From an uncultured Verrucomicrobiae bacterium (GTDB lineage Bacteria; Verrucomicrobiota; Verrucomicrobiia; Limisphaerales; Palsa-1400): a stretch of DNA of 64,000 bases. A model generated the notes under the pieces. It did not search any database. It saw only the letters and a program-made list of their open reading frames with translations, and was not told where the DNA came from. The position numbers and the translations under genes are program-made. Position 1 is the stretch's first letter. Every line of letters begins with the position of its first letter. Below are positions 1 through 10,536 of this stretch, piece after piece. The stretch covers positions 32,001-96,000 of the forward strand of contig CAVPOM010000018.1 of NCBI GenBank assembly GCA_963707025.1. The letters run 5' to 3'.

Positions 1-2036
1 CCATTGCTGCGGGCCGTGCCATTTTGCCCCGGCATGGTTGGATTGTTGGTGGGAGCGACCCAGGAGCGCAGCACCTGGTTGACTTGCTGGTTGTCGTCGG
101 AAATCCAAAGCTGCGCCGCATCGCTGCCCGCGATCCAGAAATAATAATTGCCCGTGACCGGGGCGGTGAAATAACCGCGAATGCGTTCGCCGTAATTGAC
201 CCCGTAATTGGAGATGCCTTCGAGCGCGCCCAAAACGTTGGTGAGGCTGGCCGGCGTGCCCGTCGGGATATCGGTGACATTGGCGCCGGGAACATTCGTC
301 CAGATTTCCTGAACGACGGAACTGCCGGTGTTCAAAACCGAAATGTCCACGACCGACGCGCCAAGGCCGGTTAAATTGCTGGCGGTGAGGGTGACTTGGA
401 AACTGCCGGCGAGAGCGGGCACGCCGGCGATGAGCGCCGTTGGTGTTGTTGAAAGTCAGGCCCGGCGGCAGGCCATTGGCGGTGAAGCCAAGCGGCGTGT
501 TCGCAGCCGTCACCGTGAAGCTGAAGGGCTGGCCGAGAAAGGCGACCGCGCTCAAGGCGCTCGTCACCACCGCCGGCGCGTTGGAACTGGTGTTGCCGAC
601 GCTGTTGGACGGATACAAACAAGCGGTCGGGATGATTTCTTCCGCCTGGTCCGCGCTGTACCAGGAAAGATGCGCCCGGGCAGAGGCGCCGGACTGGAGA
701 TAATCCAGCCTGAGATCGTAGCGCACGCCGGCCTGCAAAGCGAGGGCGTTGGTCCAGTCGGTGGCGCCTTGCGTCTGCCATTTGTCAATGAGCAACTGGT
801 CGTTCACCCAGAGCCGGCAGCCATCGTCGCTTCTCACATCAAAGAAATAAGTGTCGGAAAACTGGGGCTGCACCTGGCCCGTCCAGCGCACGGTGTAATA
901 CCCGTTGCTCAGGTTGGGCGACAGGCCGTTGCTCCAAATAAAACTAATGACCGGGTCAAGGCGGGTCAGGAAAAGATTGCTGGGATTGAAATTCTTGCTG
1001 TTGGTGTAGGTCGTGCTCGAATTGGTATAATACTGGCCGAGCAGCCCGCTGCCGCCCGGGTGGGAGAAGGATAGATGACGACACTGGCGTTGCTTGCAAC
1101 GCCCAGGGTGTAATTGGAGCCCGGCAACAGTTGCAGTTGAGCCAGCACGGGCGCCGGCAAATTCGTGTTGGCCATCGGCGTCACTGTGACCGTCTGGGAA
1201 CTCACGCCCACCCCTAAAGCGACCGAAGACGGCAGGGCCACATAATCCACGCCCGCCGCCGCAAAACCAATTCCCGGCCCGCCCAGTCCCAGATTGACCG
1301 TGATGGGGTCCAACGGAAAGCCGCCGCGCGTCACGGTGAACTGTCCGGTGAGCGTGGATTTTTGTCCAGGGTCAGGCTGGGTGGCGCCCGCGCCTGTGGC
1401 CGTGATGGAGATCACATTTTGCGAGGCCAGCAGGTTGGTGACGCAGGCGTAATCACTCAGGGCATTGCCGTTGGCATCTTGCTGGCCGTTGCTAAATGGG
1501 TTGAACGGGTCCAGGCCCAGTTGATATTTTTCCCAATCGTTCATCCCGCTGCCGGCCGTATCCACGTCCGAGATGGCCACGCGGTAAAACTTCGCGGCCG
1601 TCGCCGCCGGCGCGGTCAAGGTGACATTGCTTCCCGAGCGGGCCACCAGATTGGTTTCGACAAACCAATTCGTGCCGCCCAGCAGGGTGATGCTTTGCAA
1701 CTGATATTGCTTTCCCAGCGCGCAGGGCATGGTCACCGAGAAATTGGACGGCGAATTGGCGATGATGGGGATAAAAGGATAGGAGTTGGAATCGAACGGG
1801 TTGGTGCCGGCGATGGATTCCTGCAAATTGGAAAAGCTGTCGCCGTCTGGATCGGTCCGCGGATCAATGCCGTAGGCATTGTAAATCCATTCCCAAATAT
1901 CGCTCATGCCGTTGCCGTTCAGGTCTATCATCTGGGCATGGGCAGCGCCCAGCCCGAATGCAAACAGCATCAGGCAAATCGCTCTCGAAAAACCGCCATG
2001 CCTCCTTTTCCCGCGAAACAGGCAACTGCGCGACAT
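1..2036 (-). CDS. Large secreted protein with PA14 domains, a Calx-beta-like segment and an Ig-like (He_PIG-like) segment; runs off the window; frameshifted near 1055, 435 and 202
   Basis: Signal peptide ending AAHAQ and DLNGNGMSDIWE/DPDGD repeats in ORF 966..2036. Manual translation across shifts gives PA14-type motifs YTVRWTGQVQPQFSDTYFFDVRSDDGCRLWVNDQLLID and RIRGYFTAPVTGNYYFWIAGSDAAQLWISDD, plus GLPPGLTFN. Confidence 0.75.
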
Positions 2037-2100
2037 AACTCGTTTAACTTATCTGATGGGATTGATTTGTCAAATTTTTGAATCAACTCCGGCTGGATTT

Positions 2101-3108
2101 TAGAGCGTTTCCATAAATGATATAGCTTGACTGGGGCGAGAGGGCTGGCAGGCTTGAGCCATGCGAGCGATACCCGTGTCTGCGCGCGAGCGCATCCTGC
2201 AACTCTATGAACAAGGCAAAAGCACCCGCGAGATCGCGGACTTTTTCGGCTTTTGCGTGGCGGCGGTGCGCCGGGTCCGGCAGCAGTTCCAAGAGCGCGG
2301 CACGCTCCAGCCGCAAACCCATTTGTGCGGGCGCAAAACGCTGCTGAACGCCGGACGCCAGGCTCGCCTGCAAAAGCTGGTGGCGGCCCAGCCCGACGCG
2401 ACGTTGGCCGAGTTGGGGGCGCGTCTGGACCGCCCTTTCGGGACCTCCACTGTGGATTTGTGGCTGCGCAAACTGGGGTTGAGCTATAAAAAAAACGCTC
2501 TGCGCCGCCGAGCAGAACCGTCCGGACGTGGCCGAAAAGCGGGCCCATTGGCATGAGCGTCTGGCAAGTGACCCACCTGCCCGACTGGTCTTCGTGGATG
2601 AAAGCGGGGCCAACACCAAGATGACCCGTTTTTGCGGGCGGTCACCCGTGGGCCGAAGACTGGCGGCCCACGTCCCGCAGGGACATTATCAGACCACCAC
2701 CCTGGTCTGCGCCATTCGTCTGGCCGGGCCTGCGGCCCCCTGCCTCTTTGAGGGGGCCATGGACGGGGAAATGTTTTTGGCCTGGATCCAGCAGGGGCTG
2801 GTGGTGGAGTTGCGCAAGGGTGACTTGGTCATCATGGACAACTTGGCCACGCATAAGGTGACCGGAGTCCGCCAAGCCATCGAAGAGGCCGGGGCAACGC
2901 TGCTGTATCTGCCGCCCTATTCGCCAGACTTTAATCCCATCGAAAATATGTGGAGCAAGGTCAAACAAATTATGCGAGGTCTCGCGCCGCGAACCGCCAA
3001 GGAACTGCTCCAAGCGGCGAAGATTGCCTTTGAAGCCATCTCCACCGCCGATTGCCGGGGCTTCTTTTTAAACGCCCGCTACGCTACATGATTTATGGAA
3101 ATGCTCTA
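2101..3108 (+). mobile_element. IS630-family insertion sequence
   Basis: Terminal inverted repeats TAGAGCGTTTCCATAAAT (2101-2118) and ATTTATGGAAATGCTCTA (3091-3108), 1 mismatch, with TA at both ends; encloses a split transposase. Confidence 0.95.
2161..3091 (+). CDS. IS630 transposase in two ORFs (HTH 2161..2556; DDE to 3091) joined at an A8 run (2488-2495)
   Basis: HTH N-terminal part; DDE motifs FVDESG, IMDNLATH, LPPYSPDFNPIE; fused reading LSYKK-TLCAAEQNRPDV. Confidence 0.9.
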
Positions 3109-3345
3109 ATCCCGCGATGAGAGGCGGCCGGCCGCCGCCTTGCTCGCGAGGCAGTTTGGCGGCCTGGGCGGGCCAGGCGTCGTCGAGTTGGATCGGGGTC
3201 CGCCTGTTTGAAAGATCACCGCCAAGCCAGCCGGCGGTCGCAGCATCCTCCGCGAGGCATCCCCTGGCGGAGCAAGGACGACAGGTTTCCCTTTTTTGGT
3301 TTTTTTGGATGCGCGCCGCTGTTTTGCGTGTAGATTCCTTGCGCG

Positions 3346-4599
3346 ATGACTGCGCCTTTCCTCATTGTCTGCGCCGGGTTGATCGTGAGCAAATGGATGG
3401 CTCAACTCTGGCTGGAATGGCTCAACCAGCGGCAGGTCCGCCGGCATGCCCGGCAAGTCCCGCCCGCTTTCGCCAACACCGTCACGCCCGAGACTTACGC
3501 CAAATCGGTTGATTATACGCTGGCGAAAAGCCGGTTTGAGATGGTGGAGTTGACCTGGGGCGCGATGGTTCTGGCCGGGGTTCTTTTTAGCGGGGTTCTG
3601 CCGTGGTTCTACCAAGATTTCCGGCGCGCCGCCGGCTCCTCCATCTGGGCCGGGGCGGGTTTTCTGGCGGCGGCGGGGGTGGCGCTGTCGGCCGCGGATT
3701 TGCCCTTCGAGTGGCATGGGCAATTTGGCCTGGAGGAGCGGTTCGGCTTCAACACCACCACAGCGGCCACTTGGTGGATGGACCGGGTGAAGGGATTGTT
3801 GCTGGCGCTGGCCTTGGGCTATCCGCTGCTGGTGTTGATTTTGCATCTGGCGGGGTGGCTGGGGGCGGGCTGGTGGTTTTGGGCGTGGGTTTGCCTGGCG
3901 GTCTTTCAACTGGTTCTGCTGCTGGCGGGGCCGGTTTTGATTCTGCCGCTGTTCAATAAATTCACGCCGCTGCCGCCGGGCGAATTGCGCGAGGGCCTGC
4001 TCGCCCTGGGCCGGCGCGCCGGCTTTGGCGCGCGCGACATCCAGGTGATGGACGGGAGCAAACGGTCCCGCCACTCCAACGCCTTTTTCACCGGACTGGG
4101 CCGGTTCCGCAAAATTGTTTTATTTGACACATTGGCGCAGCAACTGGACCGCGGGGAAATGGAGGCCGTCCTGGCCCACGAGATCGGCCACTACAAGAAA
4201 GGGCATGTTCCCAAAATGATCGCCTTGAGCCTGGGCGCCGGGCTGCCGGGCTTTTACCTGCTGGCCGTGCTGGCGCGGCAGGAATGGTTTATGGGCGCCT
4301 TTGGTTTCCAGCCCGGCGACATGGCGCCGGCCTTGCTGCTCTTCGCCTTGCTTTCGGGGGTGGTGACGTTTTGGCTGTCACCGCTGTTCCACGCCCTGTC
4401 GCGCCGCCATGAATACGAGGCGGACGCCTTTGCCGCCCGGCTGATGCAGCAGCGGCAGCCCTTGATCGCGGCCCTGCGCAAATTGAACGAAAAAAACCTG
4501 AGCAATCTCACGCCGCATCCTTTTTACAGCGGTTTTTACTATTCGCATCCCACCTTGCTGGAACGCGAAGCGGCGCTGGCCGCAACGGCGGGGGATTGA
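3346..4599 (+). CDS. M48 family (Ste24/CAAX-like) membrane zinc metallopeptidase
   Basis: Multiple TM segments, DGSKRSRHSNAFFTG, HEIGH zinc motif, EYEAD, SHP. Confidence 0.92.
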   Translation: MTAPFLIVCAGLIVSKWMAQLWLEWLNQRQVRRHARQVPPAFANTVTPETYAKSVDYTLAKSRFEMVELTWGAMVLAGVLFSGVLPWFYQDFRRAAGSSIWAGAGFLAAAGVALSAADLPFEWHGQFGLEERFGFNTTTAATWWMDRVKGLLLALALGYPLLVLILHLAGWLGAGWWFWAWVCLAVFQLVLLLAGPVLILPLFNKFTPLPPGELREGLLALGRRAGFGARDIQVMDGSKRSRHSNAFFTGLGRFRKIVLFDTLAQQLDRGEMEAVLAHEIGHYKKGHVPKMIALSLGAGLPGFYLLAVLARQEWFMGAFGFQPGDMAPALLLFALLSGVVTFWLSPLFHALSRRHEYEADAFAARLMQQRQPLIAALRKLNEKNLSNLTPHPFYSGFYYSHPTLLEREAALAATAGD

Positions 4600-4632
4600 T
4601 CGGGATTGCCGTTCCCGGCTCCTCTCATTCCT

Positions 4633-4713
4633 CTTAATCTTAATCTTAATCCTAATCTTAATCTCTTTGGAGGATTTGGCGCATTAAGATTAAGATTAAG
4701 ATTAGGATTAGGA
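4633..4713. repeat. Inverted hexamer array: (CTTAAT/CCTAAT)5, ~18-nt spacer, (ATTAAG/ATTAGG)5
   Basis: Read directly; lies just after the M48 stop codon. Confidence 0.95.
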
Positions 4714-4810
4714 GAACAAACCGTTGAAGAAAGTGGCCTGCCCCGATTGCCGGGCCGGCGCAAACCCCGGCCTTGCCAAATGGGCGGCGGGAGTTAATGC
4801 TTTGTCCCCT

Positions 4811-6190
4811 ATGAAAAAATTGCCCTCTGCCTGTTGGCTGGCCTTGCCCGCGCTGGTCCTGGCCGCCTGTCAGACAACCCGCCAGCCGACCGCCATCGCC
4901 CAGCCCGGGCCCGTCGCACCGGCGGCGGCGCCGGCGGCTTACGAGACCAAACCGAGAGATCCTTATTTCGCCAAGTTCAATCCGCGCCTGGCCCCAGCCC
5001 CGGGACCGCTGCTGCTGGAAGCGGGCGACCGCCTGGCCATCGTGGGGGATTCCATCACCGAGCAGAAAATGTATTCCCGCATCCTGGAGACTTACCTGAC
5101 GGTGTGCGTGCCCCAACTGAAAATCACGGTGCGCCAGGTCGGTTGGAGCGGCGAAACGGCGGAAGGATTCCGCCGGCGGATGGAGTCCGATTGCCTGCGC
5201 TTCAAGCCGACCGTCGCCACTTTTGCCTACGGCATGAATGATTCCAAGTACCGGCCGTATGACGACATCAACGGGCAGTGGTATGCCTCCAACTATACGG
5301 CCATCGTGCGGGCCTTCAAGGCGGCCGGGGCCAGGGTTGTTCTCGGCTCGCCCGGTTCGCTCGGCACGCTCAACAAAGCGCGCAACGCCGGCGGCGGCAC
5401 TTTGGACGAGCGCAATTTGAATCTGTGCGCCATGCGCGACCTGGACGTTCGCATCGCGCAAAGCGAGGGGGTGCGCTTCGCGGACGTTTTCTGGCCGATG
5501 TTGCAGGCGGCCTACGAGGGTGAAAACCGCTACGGCACGGCCGACAAGCCCTTCGCGCTGCCCGGACCCGACGGACTTCATCCCAACTGGGCCGGGCATC
5601 TGGTCATGGCGCATTGCTTCCTCCGGGCGCTGGGTCTGGACGGGGACATTGGCACTTTCACCGTGGATTTGAAGGGCGGACACGCCGAGGTCACCGCCGG
5701 GCATAAGATGGAGTCCTTTGCCAACGGCGAACTGGCCATCAGCAGCACGCGCTATCCGTTCTGCGATGGGGGGGCCAGCAACGCGACCAGCGCGATTCGC
5801 GGGGGCATGTCGCTGGTGCCGTTCAACCGGGAACTCAACCGGCTCATGCTGGTGGTCAGGAACATCGGCGCGCCGCGCTGCCAGGTGATCTGGGGCGGCG
5901 TCACCAATGCCTACCTGGCCGATCAACTCTCCGCCGGCATCAATCTGGCGGACGAGTTTGCGGTCAATCCCTTCTCGGAGGCTTTCCAGAAGGTGGACAA
6001 GGCCGTGGCCGCCAAGCAGGCCTACGAGACCCGGCAGATCAAGACCTCCTTTCACAGCGCGGAAGCCCGGACCAACATGGACGCGGTCGTCAGCAGGACG
6101 GAGGCGGAGCGCGCGCCGCTGGTGGAGGCGATGGCGGCGGCCTTCGTGCCGGTGCGGCATGTGCTGCGCCTGGTCCCCATGCAGGAATAG
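4811..6190 (+). CDS. SGNH/GDSL hydrolase family lipoprotein
   Basis: Lipobox LAAC, GDSIT, YGMND and DGLHP motifs. Confidence 0.85.
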   Translation: MKKLPSACWLALPALVLAACQTTRQPTAIAQPGPVAPAAAPAAYETKPRDPYFAKFNPRLAPAPGPLLLEAGDRLAIVGDSITEQKMYSRILETYLTVCVPQLKITVRQVGWSGETAEGFRRRMESDCLRFKPTVATFAYGMNDSKYRPYDDINGQWYASNYTAIVRAFKAAGARVVLGSPGSLGTLNKARNAGGGTLDERNLNLCAMRDLDVRIAQSEGVRFADVFWPMLQAAYEGENRYGTADKPFALPGPDGLHPNWAGHLVMAHCFLRALGLDGDIGTFTVDLKGGHAEVTAGHKMESFANGELAISSTRYPFCDGGASNATSAIRGGMSLVPFNRELNRLMLVVRNIGAPRCQVIWGGVTNAYLADQLSAGINLADEFAVNPFSEAFQKVDKAVAAKQAYETRQIKTSFHSAEARTNMDAVVSRTEAERAPLVEAMAAAFVPVRHVLRLVPMQE

Positions 6191-6213
6191 GACGGGCCGG
6201 GGCCGATGGGGTT

Positions 6214-6310
6214 TCTTAATCTTAATCTTAATCATAATCTTAATCGCACTGGTGGTGATCAGAGATTAGGATTAGGATTAGGATTAGGATTAGGATTAAG
6301 ATTGGGATTG
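6214..6310. repeat. Inverted hexamer array: (CTTAAT)~5, spacer, (ATTAGG)~7
   Basis: Read directly, between the SGNH gene and the aminopeptidase gene. Confidence 0.95.
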
Positions 6311-6345
6311 AAGATTGGAGACGGATCGGACAAGGTGGGCCCACC

Positions 6346-7632
6346 ATGAGATATGCGCCGATAGACAAGGAATTGTTCCGGCTCAACCGGGCCAACCTGA
6401 AGAAATTGCTGCCGCCCAACGCGCTGGCGGCGGTCAACGCCAATGATATTCTCCCGGTCAATGGCGACGCGGTTTTGCTGCTGCAGCAAAATTCGGACTT
6501 GTTTTATCTGACGGGAATTGAACAGGAGGAAAGCCTGCTGCTGCTTTACCCGGAGGCCCACGAACCCAAGCATCGCGAGATTCTGTTCCTGCGCCAGCCC
6601 AATCCGCTGTTGGAAACCTGGGAGGGCCACAAGCTGACCAAGGAGGAGGCGCAAAAGATTTCCGGCGTGGAGCAGGTGCAATGGCTGCCGGATTTTCCGG
6701 CGCTGTTTCACCGGCTGATGTGCGAGTGCTCGCAGGTCTGGCTCAATTCCAACGAGCACAAGCGCGCCCGCGTGGTGGTGGAAAGCCGCGACGCCCGCTT
6801 CATCAAGGAGGTGCAGGCACGCTATCCCCTGCACGATTACCGCCGCCTGGCCCCGCTCCTGCACCGCTTGCGCGCCGTCAAGTCCGACGCCGAAATCGCC
6901 CTGCTGCGCCAGGCCTGCGCGATCACCGAGGCCGGTTTCCGGCGGGTTTGCCGGCTGGTCAAACCGGGGGTCAATGAGATGGAGGTGGAAGCGGAATTTT
7001 CCCGCGAATTTCTGCGGCGGGGCGGGCGCTTCGCCTACAACCCGATCATCGCCTCCGGGCGCAACGCCTGCGCCCTGCATTATGTGCAGAACGACCAGCC
7101 TTGCCGGAAAGGCGAGTTGTTGCTGCTGGACGTGGGGGCCAGCTACGCCAACTACAACGCGGACATGACGCGCACCATTCCGGTCAGCGGGCGGTTCACC
7201 CGCCGGCAAAAACAGGTCTATAACGCCGTCTTGCGGGTGCTGCGCGCCGTCAGCCGGGCGGCGGCGCCGGGGAAATTGCCGCGGGACTGGCAGACGGAGG
7301 CGGACCAATTGGTGGAAAAGGAACTGGTGGATTTGGGTTTGTTGACCCTGGCGGAGATCAAAAAACAGGATCCCGAGGACAAGGCCTTTCGCAAGTATTT
7401 TATGCACGGCGTGGGCCATCCGCTGGGGCTGGACGTGCATGACCTGGCGCTGACGGTGGAACCGATCCAGGCGGGCTGGGTGCTGACGGTCGAGCCGGCC
7501 ATTTACCTGCGCGAAGAGGGATTTGGCGTGCGCCTGGAAAACAACATCCTTGTGCAAGAGGGCGGCAACGTGGACTTGATGGAAAGAATTCCCATCGAGG
7601 CCGGGGAAGTGGAGCGGCTGATGAGCCGGTGA
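6346..7632 (+). CDS. pepP: Xaa-Pro aminopeptidase (M24B)
   Basis: QNSDLFYLTG, LHY, LDVGA..ADMTRT, HGVGHPLGLDVHD, TVEPAIY, GVRLEN. Confidence 0.9.
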   Translation: MRYAPIDKELFRLNRANLKKLLPPNALAAVNANDILPVNGDAVLLLQQNSDLFYLTGIEQEESLLLLYPEAHEPKHREILFLRQPNPLLETWEGHKLTKEEAQKISGVEQVQWLPDFPALFHRLMCECSQVWLNSNEHKRARVVVESRDARFIKEVQARYPLHDYRRLAPLLHRLRAVKSDAEIALLRQACAITEAGFRRVCRLVKPGVNEMEVEAEFSREFLRRGGRFAYNPIIASGRNACALHYVQNDQPCRKGELLLLDVGASYANYNADMTRTIPVSGRFTRRQKQVYNAVLRVLRAVSRAAAPGKLPRDWQTEADQLVEKELVDLGLLTLAEIKKQDPEDKAFRKYFMHGVGHPLGLDVHDLALTVEPIQAGWVLTVEPAIYLREEGFGVRLENNILVQEGGNVDLMERIPIEAGEVERLMSR

Positions 7633-7646
7633 GGGCCGGCTCTTCC

Positions 7647-7680
7647 TCTTAATCTTAATCCTAATTTTAATCTCATAATC
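7647..7680. repeat. Single-arm hexamer array (CTTAAT-type, degenerate)
   Basis: tcttaatcttaatcctaattttaatctcataatc right after the pepP stop. Confidence 0.85.
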
Positions 7681-7698
7681 AACCAACGAGAGGAGCCA

Positions 7699-8127
7699 AT
7701 GAAAAAATCAACAGAAATGATGTCCGGTTTGGCCCTGGTCTTTTTGGCCGCGCTGCTGGGAGCGCCGGGATGCTCGAAAACACCCAAGCCGGACGCGAAA
7801 GTCCTGCAGGGAAACTGGAAAGGCCAGGAAACCAATGCGACTGGTTCCGATTCCCTCGTGCTGACGGGAACAAATCTGGAGTTCCACGGGTCGGACCCCC
7901 GCGAATGGTACAAGGCGACTTTTACGCTGCTGGAAGACAAAAATCCAAAGCAGATGATCGCCATCATCACCGACTGTGCCGATCCGAAGTATGTGGGCAA
8001 AACCGCATACGCCATCTACCAAATCCAGGACGGCATCTTCACCCTCGCCGCCCATGAGCCGGGCGATACGAACGTGCCCGCCAGTTTCGACGATCCGCAG
8101 GTGCGGAAGGTCATGTTCAGACAATAA
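7699..8127 (+). CDS. Predicted lipoprotein, TIGR03067-like (PVC) domain
   Basis: Lipobox-like APGC; LQGNW...KNPKQM...GKTAYAIYQI...LTLA...PASF pattern; SD GAGGAG. Confidence 0.65.
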   Translation: MKKSTEMMSGLALVFLAALLGAPGCSKTPKPDAKVLQGNWKGQETNATGSDSLVLTGTNLEFHGSDPREWYKATFTLLEDKNPKQMIAIITDCADPKYVGKTAYAIYQIQDGIFTLAAHEPGDTNVPASFDDPQVRKVMFRQ

Positions 8128-8192
8128 TGCGCTCCCGAAAAAGTCACCCCGTATCGGGGTTGACCATCGCGCCGCGGAATGCCGTCTTGGTT

Positions 8193-8281
8193 GGTAGGGC
8201 GGGCAGTCTTCTGCCCGCCGCGCCGCGACGTTGATTCCTCTGCCAATGCTGGACGGCGGGCAGAGGACTGCCCGCCCTACC
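8193..8281. repeat. GTAG-type REP doublet (REPIN-like)
   Basis: GGTAGGGCGGGCAGTCTTCTGCCCGCCG ... CGGCGGGCAGAGGACTGCCCGCCCTACC; each arm is itself palindromic. Confidence 0.85.
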
Positions 8282-8366
8282 TTTCCCGGCCCGTCCAAGA
8301 CAACCGCATTCTGGCGCGACGGCGTTTGGGCTTGACTGGGAGCAAAGCGGGCGTTTGACTCAGACC

Positions 8367-9717
8367 ATGAACAAGCCATTCCAGATTTCCCGCAGGTCCT
8401 TTCTAAAACGCGGCGCGGCCACCGCCGCCGCCACGGGGTTGCCCCTTTGGTTCGTCGAAAGGGAATTGGCCGCCGCGCAGGAAGTGGCGCCCCAACCCGC
8501 CAGCCCGAACGACCGCCCCGGCCTGGCCTTGATTGGCTGTGGCGGCCAGGGCCGGGGCGACGCGGGCGCCGCCAGCCGGTGGGGCGACATCGTCGCGGTC
8601 TGCGACGTGGACGACAATCACGCGGCGGCGGCGGCCAAGCAGTTCACGCGCAATGGCAAGACGCCGGACAAATTCAACGATTTCCGCAAGGTGCTGGCGC
8701 GGGAGGACGTCCATGCCATCATCCACGCCACCCCGGATCATTGGCACACCCTAGTCAATCTGGCGGCGGCCAAAGCCAGGAAGGATGTATATGGGGAAAA
8801 ACCGCTGACGCTGACGATTGACGAAGGGCGGCTCATCACTAAAGCGGTGCGCGACAACAAAATTGTGTTTCAGACCGGGACGCAGCAGCGCAGCGACCGC
8901 AATTTTCATCTGGCCTGTCAATTGGTGCGCAACGACCGCATTGGCAAGCTCAAAACGGTGAAGGTGTTTGTCCCGGCGGGGTTGCGCGCCGGGCCGTTCC
9001 AGACCGTGCCGGTGCCCGCGGAATTGAACTGGGACTTCTGGCTGGGCCAGGCGCCCAAGGTGGACTATATGAAGGAGCGGTGCCACGCCAACTTTCGCTG
9101 GTGGTGGGATTACTCGGGCGGCCCGGTCACCGACTGGGGCGCGCATCACAACGACATCGCCCGCTGGGGCATCGGCCAGGACGGCCCGGAAAGCGTCGAA
9201 GCCAAAGTGGTGACGCCGCCGATCCCCGGCGGCTACACCACGCCCAGCGAATATGAAGCCACCCTGACCTGGGCCAACGGGATCACGCAAATTGTCAAGA
9301 CGACGCTCGATGACAGCCCTTATGGAGCGGTGCTGAAGAAAGAGGGACAGCGCAATGGCATCCGATTCGAGGGGACAAACGGCTGGATCTGGGTCAACCG
9401 CGACGGGTTCTCCTCCAGCGATGAGGATCTTGCGACCCAGCCGCTGCCGGAGAATGCGGTGCGGCTGGAAAGCTCCGGCAATCACATGAAGAATTTCTTT
9501 GACTGCATGAAATCAAGGAAGGATCCCGTCTCCGCGGTGGAGTCGGGCCATCGCTCGGCCTCGGTCGGCCATCTCATCGTCATCGCCCTGCGTCTGGGCC
9601 GCAAATTCCAATGGGACCCGGTGAAGGAAGTCTTCATCGGCGACGGGGCCAAGGAAGGCAATGCCTGCGTGGCGCGGGAAATGCGCCAGCCTTACGAACG
9701 TCAGTTTCGCCGGTTGA
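8367..9717 (+). CDS. Tat-exported Gfo/Idh/MocA oxidoreductase; probable 1-nt insertion near 9697, true end ..PYDVSFAG*
   Basis: SRRSFLK Tat motif, IGCGGQG, TPDHWH, GEKP, DWGAHHND. Confidence 0.88.
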
Positions 9718-9775
9718 CCTATCAGATAAACGCCGTTCTTTCGGAAGAAGAACCGCGGATGGTTTTTATTCGTGG

Positions 9776-9804
9776 TTGACAAATCCGGCCAATGAACACA
9801 GATT
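9776..9804 (+). promoter_or_regulatory. Sigma70-like promoter TTGACA-N17-CAGATT
   Basis: Perfect -35 with 17-bp spacing, upstream of the higA-like gene. Confidence 0.55.
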
Positions 9805-9833
9805 GTATGCGTGCGGATCATTTGCGGAGGATT

Positions 9834-10259
9834 ATGAAGACAAAGACGAAACTCCGCTTTCAAGACTTGCCAAAGGACTACGCGGCCCTGTGTCGCGTGT
9901 TCCTGCCGCGCCCCATCCACGACGCGGTGGACTACGCAAACATTGTGGAAGTGGCCGACGCGATGGTCCTGTGGCACGATGAATTCACCCCCGACCAGGC
10001 GGATTATTTTGACCTGCTTTGCTCGCTCATCGAAGAGTACGATGCGAAGAATGTCAAGTGGCCGAAGGCAACGGGAGTGGATGCGCTCAAACACCTGCTT
10101 GGCGAACAGGGCCTTGCGGCGGCGGATCTCTCGCGCCTTTTGGGCGGCAGCCGCAACTTGGGTGCCATGATTTTGCGCGGCGAACGCAAACTCACGCTCA
10201 ATCATGTGCGGACGCTGGCGGGGCGCTTTGGCGTCTCTGCCGACCTCTTCCTGCCGTGA
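9834..10259 (+). CDS. higA: HigA-type antitoxin / HTH regulator (orphan)
   Basis: PRPIHD..DY, YFDLLCSLIEEYD and C-terminal HTH (ILRGERKLTLNHVRTLAGRFGVSADLF); SD GGAGG. Confidence 0.8.
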   Translation: MKTKTKLRFQDLPKDYAALCRVFLPRPIHDAVDYANIVEVADAMVLWHDEFTPDQADYFDLLCSLIEEYDAKNVKWPKATGVDALKHLLGEQGLAAADLSRLLGGSRNLGAMILRGERKLTLNHVRTLAGRFGVSADLFLP

Positions 10260-10444
10260 AGGCGCCGGCCTCCCCAACTATGTATAATCCTTCACCAGAG
10301 GCATGATCTCCAACCACAGGACTTCGGCCATGCGCTTGTGACCGCCCTGGAGGATGTTGACGGGTTCGGTTGTCTTCTCTTGCTGGTTCGAAACCTGGAG
10401 AACGGTTTCACTAAAACTAATGATGGAGATTACCCTTTCCTAAT

Positions 10445-10462
10445 TCGTGAAAAATTTCACAA
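10445..10462. promoter_or_regulatory. Palindromic operator TCGTGAA-AAAT-TTCACAA (Rex-like; also fits CRP-type TGTGA-N6-TCACA)
   Basis: One mismatch to the Rex consensus TTGTGAA-N4-TTCACAA, 75 bp upstream of actA. Confidence 0.6.
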
Positions 10463-10536
10463 ACTCTCTTGCCGGGGGCATGGTTTTTGCGTAAAAAAGC
10501 ACCCGTTGTTTGTAGAGACGATTTAATGACGCAGCG

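Noticed and set aside
4539..4797. Short ORFs encoding LNLNLN, ILILIL or RLRLRL (also near 6240, 17171, 18894, 34223)
   Set aside because: By-products of translating the hexamer arrays; no other coding signal.
9718..9779. C-terminal extension of the Gfo/Idh/MocA ORF to 9779
   Set aside because: Better explained by one extra A near 9697; the extension overlaps a hairpin and the next promoter.
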